DNA of 63,316 nucleotides from Octopus bimaculoides. Its lineage: Eukaryota. The notes under the pieces were generated by a model, which was given only the letters and a program-made list of their open reading frames with translations, did no database searches and had not been told where the DNA came from. Each line of letters begins with the position of its first letter. Position 1 is the stretch's first letter. Shown here piece after piece: positions 1 to 14,841 of this stretch. A program made the position numbers and the translations under genes. The stretch spans positions 75,242,528 to 75,305,843 of the forward strand of contig NC_068981.1 of the NCBI RefSeq assembly GCF_001194135.2, given 5' to 3'.

Positions 1-48
1 CACTAAGCATTTCGCCCGACGTGCTAACGTTTCTGCCAACCTAATACA

Positions 49-283
49 AGGCGGCGAGCTGGCAGAAACGTTAGCACGTCGGGCGAAATGCTTAGTGGTA
101 TTTCGTCTGCCGCTACGTTCTGAGTTCAAATTCCGCCGACGTCGACTTTGCCTTTCATCCTTTCAGGGTCGATAAATTAAGTACTAGTTACGCACTGGGG
201 TCGATGTGATCGACTTAATCCTTTTATCTGTCCTTGTTTGTCCCCTTTATGTTTAGCTCCTTGTGGGCAATAAAGAAATAAGA
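49..283 (+). mobile_element. tRNA-derived SINE, family A (head ggcggcgagctggcagaa...), near full length
   Basis: A-box-like ggcgagctggcagaa and B-box-like gttctgagttcaaattcc. The body (gtcgactttgcctttcatcctttc.gggtcgataaattaagtac) recurs at 283-483, 14621, 26938, 52438 and 59966. Confidence 0.85.
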
Positions 284-483
284 AACGTTAGTACGCCGGG
301 CGAAATGCTTAGCAGTACTTCGTCTATTTTTACGTTCTGAGTTCAAATTCCGCCTAGGTTGACTTTGACTTTCATCTTTTCGGGGTCGATAAATTAAGTA
401 CTAGTTGCGTACTAGGGGTCGATCTAATCGACTGGCCGCCTTCCCCCAAAATTTCGGGCCTTCTGCCTAGAGTAGAAAAGAAT
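283..483 (+). mobile_element. 5'-truncated family A SINE directly abutting the previous copy, with a different 3' tail
   Basis: Restarts at agaaacgttagtacgccgggcgaaatgcttagc; same body, ending ggccttctgcctagagtagaaaagaat. Confidence 0.8.
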
Positions 484-1172
484 ATTAATCTATACTTTCT
501 TCTAATAATCTCTCTCACTCTAAGTCAGTTGCACTCGTGAATAAGACGTTTGAAATTTAAACTTACAAACTAACAAAGCCTATTTCAATTAAAGAAATAT
601 GCTGCATTGTGTTCGAAAGTGAGTTCTCTCTCCTTGTCACACCGATTTATTGAGTCGGCTTTTAAATGTTTGTTACCTGCTAAACATATTAGTAATTTTC
701 TTTCAAATAACTCTCATGTAAAATTCCTCGAATAACATAATCCTAGGTAGCTCGAAAAACTGATAGGGTTGGAACGCCATGATGAAAGTTTTCTGTCTCC
801 TATCAGGATTGTTCAGACACTAAGCAATAATAACAACAACAAGAAAGTCATTATAGCTGTATATACTTAGTGAAGAAATGTTGATGGTTTCGGATATGGA
901 CATGGCTCTCACTGTTGGTTAACTACCGACAAAAACCGTTAATTGTGTTACATTTGTTTTCATACACTGATATATAAAACCTCTTATTCGCGCTTACTCA
1001 ACTGATCCCGCAATGACGCACACAGATGTATATATATANNNNNNNNNNNNNNNNNNNNNNNNNNNNNNNNNNNNNNNNNNNNNNNNNNNNNNNNNNNNNN
1101 NNNNNNNNNNNNNNNNNNNNNNNNNNNNNNNNNNNNNNNNNNNNNNNNNNNNNNNNNNNACATGCACTTTAT

Positions 1173-1211
<39 letters not shown>

Positions 1212-1959
1212 ATGCGTGCGTTTGTTTGTGTGTGTTTGCGCGTGCGTTTGTGTGTATGTGTATGTGCGTGTGTGTGTATACGTTTCTGTACGTGTGTGCG
1301 TGACAACTTTCTGTATTATATGTACGTGACAAATACTTTAGGAAATGATTTTAGAAATGATTTTCGCTCTGTAATTTCATCCTTTGATATATTTTTTTTC
1401 ATTACAAATTTAATTTCACATTTCATGGATCAATCTTAATGGACGTTTATATAGATATCCATTAGTAAGTAAATCTGGAGTTTCTTTGTTATCGAAAGAA
1501 CTAACTCGATTTCTGTATTTCTTTCTCCTAATAGCTTTAAACATATATTTTTTCTTCTGTTACATTCCTATATACACGCACAAACTCACACCGATGCATA
1601 CACAAGCACAAACATACACAGAAAACTCTGAAAGTAATCATTAACACTTCAAATGTATAGCAATCTGTAAGTGTGTATGTAAAATTTAATGGGATCCTCA
1701 GTTGAGATTTACATTTGTATATGAAAGGAACTCGATGTCAATATATACTATTCAATGCAATGCTGTGAATATTGTTTATATGTTATTTTATTCAATCGAA
1801 GAATGGTTAATTTTCAGAATCATTTGAGTACCGGAGTATTATCTTGCAGTGTATATTTACATCGCTTTATGTTCTGCATTTAAATGTCGCTGTCGCCGTA
1901 TTTGAAAGTTTGAATAAAGTGAATTGTTGTAGTAAAAGAAATCGAATATACCAGAAACC

Positions 1960-2720
1960 TAAATATTTCTGGATTGTTCTGTTTGTCTGGAAAACTTTCT
2001 GTTCCATAGATTCCGCTCTGCTCTCAATTCCGATGCATTATCCTCCCGCAACTTAGTCACCAGAATTGAAATCCGTAACAATACTATAAGCAGAAGAGTT
2101 TAAAAGCATCTTTCTACGAATAAGAACTACACCCACCACAAGTAAACGAACCAAACACTCAGCTAGAGTGCACTCGATCTTTTCAACTATTGAAGCTTGC
2201 TACCACCGAATACCTCTCCTGGCAACATCATGTCCTTTAACAGCTAGGATAGGATTCAGAAGATTAGTTATCTTAAGAGTCTGTGGTTACATCATCCCCT
2301 CTCAATTACTGAAGCTCTACAAAATTTAGATGAGTCCCTCAGTTGGGTAAATCAAGCACTTCTTGGACAAACGCTTCTACTAGGCACACTAACATATTGG
2401 GCAACAATCGGAGAAAAACCACTTGACTTATCAGTATAAAGTTACACCCAGAGACGCTTTGGGACACAGAAACACTGTCTCCTTTCACTTCTTTCTGTCT
2501 ACTATAATGGCATATAATGGTCTTGGTCTCCTCAGATTCATGCCACCCCTACTCAGGCAATCACAACTCACTCGTAACCTTTTGATACACGATGCTTGGT
2601 GCATCCGATCGTCCAGGCTCGACCCTATCGTTTACGTTTTGTCCTTTCAAGGCAGAAAATCGATCGGTTGCGACAACCTCTCTGCTCACATCATTCCCTT
2701 AATATTGACTTGTAATGGTT
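1960..2720 (+). mobile_element. Degenerate LINE (CR1/L2/Jockey-group-like), RT C-terminal region
   Basis: Frameshifted motifs SQLLKLYK, AHTNIL, LGHRNTVS..YYNG resemble the LLKLYK...ILDRIQ...LAHRR.VS...FYRYYNG region of these LINEs. Confidence 0.7.
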
Positions 2721-5280
2721 TAAGAAGATCTCTAATGACAGCATTGGGATCAGTCTGAGCGGGCCTGGGAAGCAATGGACACTGCAACTTCATCTCAACT
2801 CTACAAGTAAATAAAAGTATGTATAAAGGATTGTGGAACGACTGAAAGAGTAGCAAGCAAGAAGGTTCTGCGTATGCATTTCAGTCTCTCAACATTCTAA
2901 CTAAATCACCACCATATAAGGCCTAGCTTTCTATAGAGTAATCCAAATTGAAGTTTACGAGCAGTTAACCTCCGAACATGCAGGCCTATCATGATAAGCG
3001 CTCTAATATAAGTGTCCTCACATTCTAGTGTGGCGAGATCTGTATTGATCGTCACGTGCTTTCGAAATACAGTAGTGTGATGTGATATTAGGGAAATTTA
3101 GCTGCTTTCCCTAACAAATACAGCAACGACATACTGTCAGCACCATTGCTTCAAGTAAACGTTAAATGCTGTTGGAAGACGACGCTTCTCCTCTACATAT
3201 ATGTAACCTTGTGCATATGTATGAAGCCATTAGAAGTGAAGAAATTTGAATATGTGGGAAGTACTAGAAACAATAGAACGGCCAATATCTATTGCTTTTC
3301 TGCTTTCATAATTCTGAACTTATGGCTAGTATTATAATCATGTGATTAAAATTTGTAAATGGAAATTTAATCAAGAAAAATTTAATTATATTTCTTCAAG
3401 CTGCTAATTAAAAATTGAAATATCACAAGTTTGATTTGAAGATGTGAAATTCCTTCGGTTACGTAATTTTATCAAATTATTGTTTCATTTAAACTTAAAC
3501 AGTAAATGGAATGCATAAAATAAGACAAAGATCTTACTAGAATACTGATAATTTATAATTCTTAAATCTTTCTCTAGTCACGAAAGCAGGCGAATAAGCC
3601 TGGTGCCAAATTGTTATATCGAAAGTAATTAATGTGATGTTATTTCATCTTAAAATTGCCTGAAATATTTCAAGAATTATAATCATAGCAACCACTAAAA
3701 ATATTAGCTGGTTGCAAATTACTATAATGGATTAAATTAACACAACTCCTTTTGTGTTTAAAGTTCAAATTTCACTGGAGCAAATATAAACTTCACTAAT
3801 TAAGGAGTCAATTACATAAATACTAGTAATGTAATTTTTCAGAAAGCTGTATCCGTCACCTGCTGATTACTAAATACACCTGCGCTAATTGAATACATGG
3901 TTTTTACAAATAATTTGCTACTGAACATCATGTGGGAAAAAATTAAATAATGTTGAACATATTGATACCTCCAACGCTAAAGATCTTGAGACATTCATGA
4001 GCATCGTAACATACTAAATCATAGGGGTTGTGGTGTAGAAAATGTTGAATTCGTGTTGTTGCTATTATTCCAACGTAAACAGCTGGAGCTTTTTTAAAAT
4101 ATTTAAGTAAAGAAGTGCATCAGTGCCTTTCAATCGATTTTGTAGGAACTTAACCGACCTTTAAGATCGAAGGGCTTCTCGTAAGCTTTTCATTCGTAAT
4201 TTTGCTGTACAGAATACAATAATAAAACAAAGAAAGCAATAGTTTTTTTTGTTGTTTCTAAATTTCTAACTTTAAACAGTTTATTTTTAACTTTAGATGC
4301 GAAGTGCACTAACATTTTTTAACCTTCTGTATGATGTGTTCTAGATATGATTTTTGATCTCTAGTGCTGCACGAATTAAAAAATACTGAGAACCGCTAAC
4401 TTAAATAGATGCTTCGTTGCCCAGAGAATATATTACAGCGGTTTTTGTGTTCATGATATCCTTCAAACTAATAAAGGTGAGCGTTTTTGACGAAAAATGT
4501 AACCTTTGTGTGTGCTGAGTGCCCTACTTAATCGTTATATCTCACTGTTTCATACAACGTTATTTCACTTTTCTGATATCAATAGAACCGGGTAAAACGC
4601 CATGGATATCAGGAATTCCCTTGCTATATTCCTTATAAATATCATGTACTATACTGAGTGAAAATATACATCAGTATATTCAGAGTAAATACAATCGATT
4701 GCAAATCACCTCTGTTTCAGAACATTTGCGGTTCAATAAGCGATATGCCAGAAAGCAATGACAGTCCTACCTCAGCAGCAGGAACTTATGTAAGTGAATG
4801 TTCGAATTAGACGACTGTCAAAGATATAGGGAGATGATATATCATTACCAATAAACGATTGCTTTCAGATCTTCTCAACCGATAAACTCAACTGATTTTT
4901 CACTATGAACAGGTGCACATATGTGGATCATGTTGAACTTTGTAAAGATATCTCTGAGAAATTCTTGGAGAAATAAAAGAGAGCTGAATGAAGAACGACA
5001 GCCAGTGAGTAAGAGTTAGAGAGATATACGCAATTTAGCAATTGAAACAGTATTTAGTTAAAATATCATATTGAATGCATCCAGCTTAAAGTACACACTT
5101 TGTCGATTGGCCAGCTACTGCAGTATTTTTCCTGAGATAACACAACGGTATGGTTTTTTTTTTAACACAGCAAGTTCATAAGAGATACCATCTGTCGACA
5201 ACCACACCAGTAACTAGCCTATCTTTATTGTGTATACATCACTTATGATGCATCGATAGCTATATGTGATTCAGAGGGAG

Positions 5281-5293
5281 AGAGGGGAGAGAT

Positions 5294-5350
<57 letters not shown>

Positions 5351-5379
5351 AAGAAAGAAATAAAGAAAGAAAGAAAGAT

Positions 5380-5415
<36 letters not shown>

Positions 5416-5420
5416 GTAAA
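5281..5420. repeat. (GA)n/(GAAA)n purine-rich microsatellite
   Basis: Read directly from the sequence. Confidence 0.95.
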
Positions 5421-7443
5421 AGAAGATAAGTTTAAGAAAGGAAAAACAAAAGGTGGAAAAGTTTGGGAAAGTTAGATTCAGCATAGTTAGTGAGACAGAG
5501 AGACATTATTGAAACCAAATATAGTTGTTTTTTAAAAAGTGTAGTTATCTATCTATCTATATAGTGCATCTACGCAAACGAAACAGAAATGTGAAAGGAT
5601 AACTGGATAGAAATTAGAAAGAAACAACAAACAAAAATATGGAAGTATATATAAATAAGTAGAACGATAGAAACATGAATAGATCGACTGACAGACATAC
5701 GCGCACACATTCACACATACAGAAACGTATATTTATATATAGATAGATGGATGGGTGGATGGATAGAGAAGAAAATTGAAAAAATTATGAAAATTAATAT
5801 AAAGAAAAACGCGAGCTAGCAAATGATAAAAGGAAAGAGTGGAATAAATAGTAGACAATATGAGAAAGATATATATATATATTAAGTAAACAGGAATAAA
5901 GTAGACAGATTGCAAGAGTGTTATTTGAAGAAAAAAGTGATAGAGCGCCAAGAAGTTAGGTGTTACTGAATAGATGTGATACTATTATCTGTATATAACC
6001 AAAACTCTTTTAGAAGAATCTAAAGGAATTAAAAATTGCACAAGTTTTCTGCTTATTCTCCGTGTTTCTCTTTGATAAACAGAAAGCAGGTGTCTTTCTT
6101 TTATGTCCATTTCAACACCAATAGCAGATATTTTTATCTTTAGTTAAAAAGCGCACTGAAAAAGGTGTTACATAATAACTCCTGTTGTAAGTGCTATTTA
6201 CGTATCTACTCTTGGCAGAGATCACTTAGTCAAAAAGATGAGCGCTGCGCTAAATGTTTTGACACTGTTTAGATTCATTTCCTAACATTCAAATTTCAAA
6301 TTACGCCACACACATACGTATTCAATTATGATTATGTCTATAACATCTTATAACTTTTGCCTCTACGTACATACACGGCATGATTTAAGTAGCGGTAAAT
6401 ATCTTCCTCAATTCACATTCTATCGACTTTAAAAAACGAAATGTCTATAAATATATTCGTCGATACACTGTCTGAGGAAAAAAATTCAAAGATGGTCACG
6501 ACTGGAAAGTGTATGATTATAAGTCTGCTCAGTCAGATTTGAATCTAAAAAGAGCAACAGACATACATTTCAGTCAATTTTGTTTGCTAAATATCAACAT
6601 AGTGGATTACGATCAACCTAGCTTGGATGTTATGCATTGTATATACATTATTCCTACTAAATAAGACACGAGGCCAGCAGTTTTGTGGGCACAGGCATAC
6701 TTAATTACTTAAACTTCAGTACATGATTCATGTTATATATTTCATCGAACCCATTGAGATGAAAGGCAGATTGATATCGGTGAGATTCGAGCTGAGACTA
6801 TAAACAGTCTTCATAATAATTGTTTCTAAGTTAGGCACAAGACCAGCAAGTTTCTGTCCTTAGCTGATACTCTTGAAACTAAACTTGAATAGTATATCAA
6901 TTTTACGCCCGCGGAACGTGGGAGAATTTAAAACAGAATGTAAAAGCATTTTCTTTCCCAATAATATATCTTCATATAAGTAGTAAATAGAGCAGTTGTC
7001 AATACTCCAAAGCTTCTGCATATTTTGACATATATATCAATAGATTCGTACTTGTATATTAGAAGTACCCTCCCAAATGTTCTCTAAAGTCTTCCTATCG
7101 CGCAAAAATATGTAAAATTAGTCGTGTTAATATAAGTATAAACAATAAAAGGGTATACCATCTTGACGAAAAGTGGTTATTAAGTATTTATATATTTTGC
7201 CCTCACCAAAGAGACAGACGAATTGATTCACGAGCTGATAATACGGCATTCATTCGATTTTCATCTGAGTTTGTCCTATAACACTACTGACTGCAATGTC
7301 AATGGGGATTGCGTGACCATCATAACACATATTTCATACATTCATGAACTCTAGCTTAGTGAAATATTTGTGATGAAATACGCTTTCGATGTGACAGTCT
7401 TTGTTTCGCTACGATATCTATATACTTCGAACCGACTGCCTAC

Positions 7444-7507
7444 AAAATGAAGCCAATTTTTCATTTATTACAGATAGCCAGTAAAGTCTAATCGGTGTAG
7501 TAACATT
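7444..7507 (-). CDS. Candidate internal exon (NVTTPIRLYWLSVINEKLASF) of an unidentified minus-strand gene
   Basis: Strong acceptor cctttctttgctttctcag and donor gtaggc. Only phase 0 is open, matching the phase-0 end of the 7902-7958 candidate. No homology recognised. Confidence 0.3.
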
Positions 7508-7901
7508 CTGAGAAAGCAAAGAAAGGTGCAAGATTTTCAGCCTATGGAATAAATTTTATGTCATGATAGATTTCGCCATATTAACTTTAGTAAATATGTC
7601 AAATATGATAACATTTGGCGAATTTGCATCCTTACGCCTACAATATAATGTCTAATAATTTCCTTAATGCATTTTAATATAACATTCGAAGACGTTGATG
7701 GCAGAATGAAGAGAGCCATTGATAAAATACTGATTTTAATCGTGTTCCCTGAAATTCTGTGTTCAAAAAATATTGGGCCCTACCTTTTTCTTTCTTCTTC
7801 GTGAGGACGAGTTAAAAATTAGTAGAGATGACCGCTAAAGTCAGTTAATATAAGCTGCAGCCCTGGTCCAAAGTAATAATCAATATTAACATTATACTTA
7901 C

Positions 7902-7958
7902 TGCATTATACATTTTCAAGAAATATTTCTTTAATAAAGCTGGTTCAGTATAAATCAA
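7902..7958 (-). CDS. Candidate internal exon (LIYTEPALLKKYFLKMYNA)
   Basis: Acceptor tgtgtttgttttccag and donor gca|gtaagt; 57 nt, phase 0-0; the other two frames contain stops. No homology recognised. Confidence 0.45.
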
Positions 7959-10900
7959 CTGGAAAACAAACACATACAAAATAAAAGGAAAATCGAATAA
8001 GAATACAAAAGTAAATATAAAATGGAATATCGTGAATATAAGTTGATAGAAGAAAATACATGGGGATTGAATTATTACAAAGTACATTAACGAAAATTTC
8101 GAAAGGTGAAAATAAAAAGCACAACATAAATATTGAAAGAAAGAGAGAGTGTGTGAGTGTGTGAGAGAGAGAAAGAGAGAGTGTGTGAGTGTGTAAGAGA
8201 GAGACAGAGAGAGTGTGTGAGTGTGTGAGAGAGAGAAAGAGAGAGAGAGAGTGACAGAGATGAGTGAATGTAGGTCGATTTTGTAGAAGGCGTTCTGACA
8301 AATATGACAGATTCTATTACCATATGCCACGGTAAAATAGCTGTATTGGAAAGAGATGTCTATAACTCCAGGGAAAATTTGACAGCGATAGCTGAATGTT
8401 TCTGCGAAGGATTGTATTGCAGTGATCTAAAAGCACCATGCATTATTTTTGTAATAAGCATTTTCTTTCTTAAATTTTTTAAAGTTTGCAAATTCTTGAA
8501 GTAAGTCATTAACTAGCTGCTTTTCCTTGCATATTGTGGAAGAAGTATCGATTATCTGCAGACACATACATAAACACACCCAAACATACTCGCATATAGT
8601 TTAGTATTTGTAATTACTGTCTCATGGTTTCACGTTGGTATTGAGGAATTTAGGGGTACAGCGAACTTCAGAGGCTTTTCTTTTTAACTTGTTGAATTGG
8701 ATGACAAGGTGGTGGAAGTCACCTGTTGTAAAGTGTGACGTCAGCAATCTTTTGATTGTTGCCCATCAGAAGGTTGGCGAAAACGTTATGATATATTTGC
8801 AATTAGACTTTAGTTCAGCCTTTCTATTTATCATTGTTATTGAACGGTTTATGATAAATTTCCCAATGAAATTCCACGGTTTTCAACTATTCTGTACCAG
8901 TAAAGGCAGATTTGTGTAAGATCGAATTTCAATGTCAAAAGGCTTGATTCTGTCTCTATTCTTCATCCACAACGATGTAGTATGATGTTTGTGATGGGGT
9001 TTTGAAGATGTAGATTTTCGGTAGAAGTTTTTAAAGTTAGCTTTTTTATGTCGTTTTAAGTCGTAATATTCATGATTTGCTTGGTAAAAGAACCTTTTTC
9101 AAATACTGCATAACATCGGTAGCAATTAGTTCTTACTTTTCGAAAAGCAGTTCTACGAAAACAACCAGCCTGTTATATTTTTCATAAGAAACATTAGCCA
9201 GTTATGCTGTAAGTTTGCTATAATGAAAATATTTTCAGCATATAACTATGGATATATTCTATGAAATGGAAGCAGAAAAGCGATGTAAAAATGAGATAAT
9301 TTATAATTTAAAATGCCTCAAGATGTTGGTTATGTTATGTATATCTGAATTTTGAGAGCTAATCTGTTTGACTTGTGAACGCTACTTCAATATTATCCTC
9401 TGTTTTACTCCACAGGATAGGTATTTTCCTTTCACAGAGCAAATTATTTCTTTTAAAAATTGAGAGAGCAAATGCACTTCTTCTCAAAGTTACATTCAGA
9501 CCATTGGCATGATCAGTCATGTTTAATCATCTTCCATTGGGTGCGTAAACTGTCTACACTCATGGGAGCTCACGTTGCTGTTATGGAGAAGAATTTAGTT
9601 ATCGGCCACAATGACGTCCTTTGCTACATATGCGGCAAATAAGATGGAAGTTTGCACTTCAATTTCTATTAAATCCATATTTTGTTTATGAATCGCTGAA
9701 AGAGACGGAGAGAGACACGTTTGTTGAATATTTCCTTGTCCAATGTCGACTTTGATGGTCTACTTATGTTGTATTGGAAAGACTGATATAGCTATTTATG
9801 TCTCTTCTTTCTGTTTCTGCCTTTTAACTCCCCATAGGTCTCTGTGTAGGTTCGCACATGCATCTTCATACGATTCATGCAACATAAAATGGCGTTGTGT
9901 GATACTTCAAATATATTCACAAATCTTTAAAAGAAATTCTTCACAAATAATGTTGAAGTGTATGAGAAAATGTATTTGCAAACGTCTCACTTGATATCTT
10001 AAAGCTCATTATTTATAAATATATTTTTGAGGCGATGTTTTACTTTATGTTTCTGTGTGAAATAGTGAACTGAATTTAAGTGTCCTTTGTAATTCGTCAA
10101 AATTTGAGTTTTTCACCAAGATAATTAATTATCAATATAATAGCATGAAGTACATTTAAAGTTACATGTAACTCTTGAGCATCTCGTCTTCATATAGTGC
10201 ATCCACATACTTTTGCTAAGCTACAATTTATGTGGTTTCTTCTTTCATGTTACATTGGAATTCGAAGCCAATTCTTCCTTTCAGTGATGTTTACCTTCAT
10301 TATTTGGAATTCATCATCTCGTAAATACGCTCATGATTTTCATTATATTATCAAATAGTTTATACTTTCAGTATTCTAGTTTTCTTCCTATAGCAAGCTA
10401 CTGATAAGCTATCATGTACAACCATTGAGACCAAACTAGCAGTTATTACGGCATGGCATTAATCAACATATATCAATAACAATTCACTTCGTTATTTAAC
10501 TAAGAAAATTGAATGTGAAGAATGCTCTGGTAATTTCATTGGATTTGGAATATGAATTTCTTAATAAGTACTAATATTACTAATATCATCTTTTTTTCTA
10601 TTCGACATATGAGAAAATTCTTTAAAAATGCATAATGTGGTACATTACATAAAAATTTCCTCCAATACATGGTGCTCTAAATGTAATGTGAATAGATAAT
10701 TTCTAGTAAAGGATTGTATTTTATGATTCTCTATAGCCTTTCGCCATTTAAAAAGGAATGGGAAACGGCATTGAACCAGGACATTAAAAGAAAACATGAA
10801 CAGAAATCATTGCATCTAATTCTTAGTTACGGCGTTATATTGTGAGAATAATAAAATATAGTTATAAATCATTTTGGTTGTTCTATATACACGCATTGTT

Positions 10901-13249
10901 AAGGCTTCTATCTCTTATAATTTGTCTAGATATTGTTTCATTGCACAATATCTACTTTTACTAAAAAACGAAATAACTTAGACAATTCTACCAATAACAG
11001 AGACGAATTACCTCTATATGCAGAATTATAGAATATGCATCCTAGTTTTAAAACATTGTTCAAAAGATGATCTCTTTTCTTTATGAATGTATATATATTT
11101 TCCTTTGGTATTTTTGACTCGAATTTTTATCAAGAATTCGTAATCCATTATGTTTAAACTGTAGAAGAAAAATATCCATTCGTACATTATATACAAAAAT
11201 ATCTATTCGTACAATGATATACAAAGCAATCTTTCTTAAATATAAAATTTGTAGTATAAATTTGGAGTGTAAATAGGAATTTGAAGCATAAAATAATTTA
11301 TATTTTTCTTCCGGAGGCCATTTATCAAAGTTTATGTAATGTGGGACATCTAGAAGATAACTTCGTTACGAAAGAAAGCTTTTTGCAAAACAGAAGTACT
11401 TAAAATTAATATGAATTTTGATTGATTTTCGAGTTTATTAGAGACAAACAAAATTTCAGATGACGTAAATGACTTAGTCCGAAGATTTACTAAACGCAGA
11501 CTGACCCCTAGATGAGAGTTTTGATGAAGAGAAACTATCATTTCCCAATTTTAACATACATGTGTTTTGCCCCCCCCCCCCTATCAGCTATAACAACATG
11601 ACATAATTGCTGTTATCCATGGCTGTGAATATTAGTGTCGTGACATCACAAAACCGTTAATGTGAGGAGTAATTTGCATTCCTCAGAAACAATCAAATTT
11701 TGCACACTATATAAGTGTGAACAGGTGAATTTATGAACCTGAAACGCTTCACATTACCTTGTAATAATTATCACTGGTACGTTTAGATCCAAATATCCAT
11801 AAGGAACAATTATAGAAAGCGAATTAATGTATGAGTGGCAAAATTTGCTAGTTTTCCACGTATGAGTTTATGCTTAGACTAGAACTTCAACTTAAACAAA
11901 AACTGCAATTATTTAGTTTGGAATTATGTCGTTTCTTTTACCTTATTCTTTTAAACAACCTGGTTGTATTAAGAAAAATGGGCCTGAGTCGGTATACTTT
12001 TTAGATAGGTGTACAAAATACTTTAAGGTAGTTATCTCCCTTTGTGTTCTGAATCCAATCCCTCTTAAAACTGTTTTAATTTTCATTCTTCTGTGGATGA
12101 TGTATTGTCTATGCTAGAAATCAATGTTAAGGGAGAAATATTAATCAAATTCTTACTTTATACCGATAATTTCTCCGCAAAATATATATAACATCACACC
12201 CATATTAATATTACGATTTGCTTAGCGTATGAGTAAATAAAAACCAAAATATCAAATTTACACACTAACGTCATACTGCCAATCAGGAAGATGCTCAAGA
12301 AAGCACCAAGAAATTTTGCAAATAATATATATACTCGTACAGCATCGGTCACCTATAACCGTTCTTTTATACATGAAACGCATTTATATTGAACAATAGT
12401 GTACTGAAGCCTAAATAAAAGGGATTGGAAATAGAAATTTTTCATAAATACATAAATAGTTCCAACCTCACTTATATTATTGATCCAGAAATGATGACGA
12501 GTAATGTCAAATAGTCAATAAGGTTTGAATTCAAATGTCAAATAATCACGAGCTTAGAAACTGCAAGGTATCTGGCAAAGATTTCTACATTTCTAGTTTC
12601 TGCTCGATTTGGAGTTGGCAAAAGGTGTTATTTCCAAAGAAAGTGAGAGAAGTAAATATTTGGCTGAATTCCGCTATCATTCCTGTTCATTTCAGCGTCA
12701 TAATAGGATTAAAAATAAAGTAGTTTGAGATATTGAAGAATCTATTGGGGTGCTTTTAAGTTTATGTCAACTTATTCAACTGAGTGCATCACAATATTAA
12801 CTTGGATTATAAGACACGTACGATAACAACGGAAGCTTTCACGTGGATGCTACAACATAGAAGTTCTAACGGCTAGAAATGACAGCCATATCTTTATATC
12901 TTGAGATAGCATCCCAATATCTTCGGAAAACGATAGGGAAAGTTGGATAATTTCAATATTCATTTACTATCACAGCATAAAAGATGTCGGAAAGCTGCAG
13001 TTAGAACATTTGTGTCACTATGCCTCCTTTTTCTATAATCAACCAACTTGATGTCAAGTTAGTGACACACGAATAACTTATGCCTTAATGAATTAATTTT
13101 ATTATATTCGACTGAGTAAAAAGTACGTAACGTTTTGGTACATGAAATTGATCACAATATATTTCAACACTGCGGAAATTTTATTCATCATAGTATGTAT
13201 CATTACAATCAACATATTTTTTCCAACGAATTATAAGTTTGCTAAAGAT

Positions 13250-13788
13250 CTAGAGTTCTGGAGCTGATGAACACTTTGAACGCACTTTCAGCATCGGTTT
13301 GCTTTTTGATCTCCTTAGCTCGCAAGAAACCATCAAAGTGCTTGGAAAGTGGTTGTCGGGAGGAGAAAGATCTAGGTAATAAGCTGGATGGGGTAGAACT
13401 TCGTAGCCAAATTCCCTCAACTTTTGGAGCGTCATTAGGGAAACGTGTGGTCGAGGATTGTCATTCCGGCTTCTAAGAAGTTATAGTTGATGCGTCCAGC
13501 AGTACACCACCAAACAGTTACCATAACCTTTTTCTTTTCAAGAGCTAGGGTTTAAGGAAGATTTTCGATGCTTCGTTATCGATGATAGATGGGCGTCCAC
13601 TATGCTCACAATCTTCAGGGCCCAGGTCTCCACTTGGAAATCGTTTAAGCCATTTTTGAGTTGACCACTCACTGATCATTTCCTCCACCAAACGTCTCGT
13701 TCATATCGCGAGCAGTCTCAGCTGCTTTACGTCGTTTTTTGAAGTTGAATAGCAAAATTAATCGAATATCGCGCTTTGACAGTTCCAT
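13250..13788 (-). mobile_element. Internally deleted mariner transposase relic
   Basis: N-terminus MELSKRDIRLILLFNFK...KW.KRF.SGD...EDCEHSGRP, then KKVMVTVWW, DNPRPHVSLMTLQKLREFGYEVLPHPAYYLDLSP (WVPHEL/YSPDL-family catalytic region), with frameshifts. Confidence 0.9.
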
Positions 13789-14620
13789 TTCAGTTGATTT
13801 TTACAACGGTGAAAAATATCAATGTTAATTTATTGATGCATTTGGGCAAGTCAATGTCTGTATTATCAATCAATTTTGAAAAAAATGCTTAAAGATCCAA
13901 AGCCCTGCAAAAATCCGGTACAAATTCTTCATGGTTCAAAACGTTGCTTACTTTTTTCTCAACCTGATATATGTCGTCAATATGGATTAATTTCTGCTTG
14001 GCTCCATGAATAGAATTTATTACGAGATAATATACTTACAATCAGTGAATGATTTTGTCATATTCCTATAATAATATTACTCTATATGGAAGCCATACAC
14101 AATCCATACATTATATATAAATGAATATTTCATAAAATGGAGATCACGAATATTCAAAGCATGTGATATCGCGGTGTTCGGGAAATTACAATATTCAAAT
14201 TTTTGATAACGATTTTTTATCTTCTACCTATTTTATTTCCTGAAATCTGTCAAATAAAAGAAAAAATACATTAGTGCTTCAAATGTATTCTACAAAAACC
14301 TGTAGAAAGTAAGGTGCATTAATGATATTAGACACGTGTTCGTCATGCATCTTTTCTTTATGTTTACAAGGTGTTCTCGCTTAGGTATCTAGAAAAGATT
14401 TTCTAACGTTCTCTCCCGAATGATTCCTGGAAAAATGGTAAGATAATTACTTAGTTACATCAAATTAATTTCAAAATGCAGTAAGTTAAAACACAATATA
14501 CAGGAAAATGTATACATGCAGATTTTTGATTCGAAACAAAAATAGAACAATGCTAAAAGAATACAGAATCTTCATGTACGCAACAAATGTATTTTGAGTT
14601 GATATTTGAAATATCACCCA

Positions 14621-14841
14621 AAGTGGCGAGCTGGCAGAATCGTTAGCACGCCGAGTAAAATGCTTAGCGGCATTTCGTCCGTCTTTACGATCTGAGTTTA
14701 AATTCCCTCGTGATCGTCTTTATATTTTATCTTGTCGTGATGAATAAAATACGTACCAGTTGAGGACTGGTGGGGTCTATATAATCGACTTATACCTTCC
14801 CTGAAATTGCTGGCCTTGTGCTAAAATTTGAATTCAGTATT
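14621..14841 (+). mobile_element. Family A SINE, diverged
   Basis: aagtggcgagctggcagaatcgttagcacgccg...tgcttagcggcatttcg...ggccttgtgctaaaatttgaa. Confidence 0.8.

Noticed and set aside
4721-4789. Plus-strand exon candidate NICGSISDMPESNDSPTSAAGTY (tttcag...gtaagt)
   Set aside because: Good splice signals, but no compatible neighbouring exon or homology; chance is expected at this frequency.
8620-9010. Possible retroelement ORF remnant on the minus strand (GDFHH...KFL)
   Set aside because: Too degenerate to distinguish an APE endonuclease from a PLE N-terminus or noise.
12968-12990. tatcacagc resembling the miR-2 family 5' end
   Set aside because: The match stops at 9 nt and there is no complementary hairpin arm.
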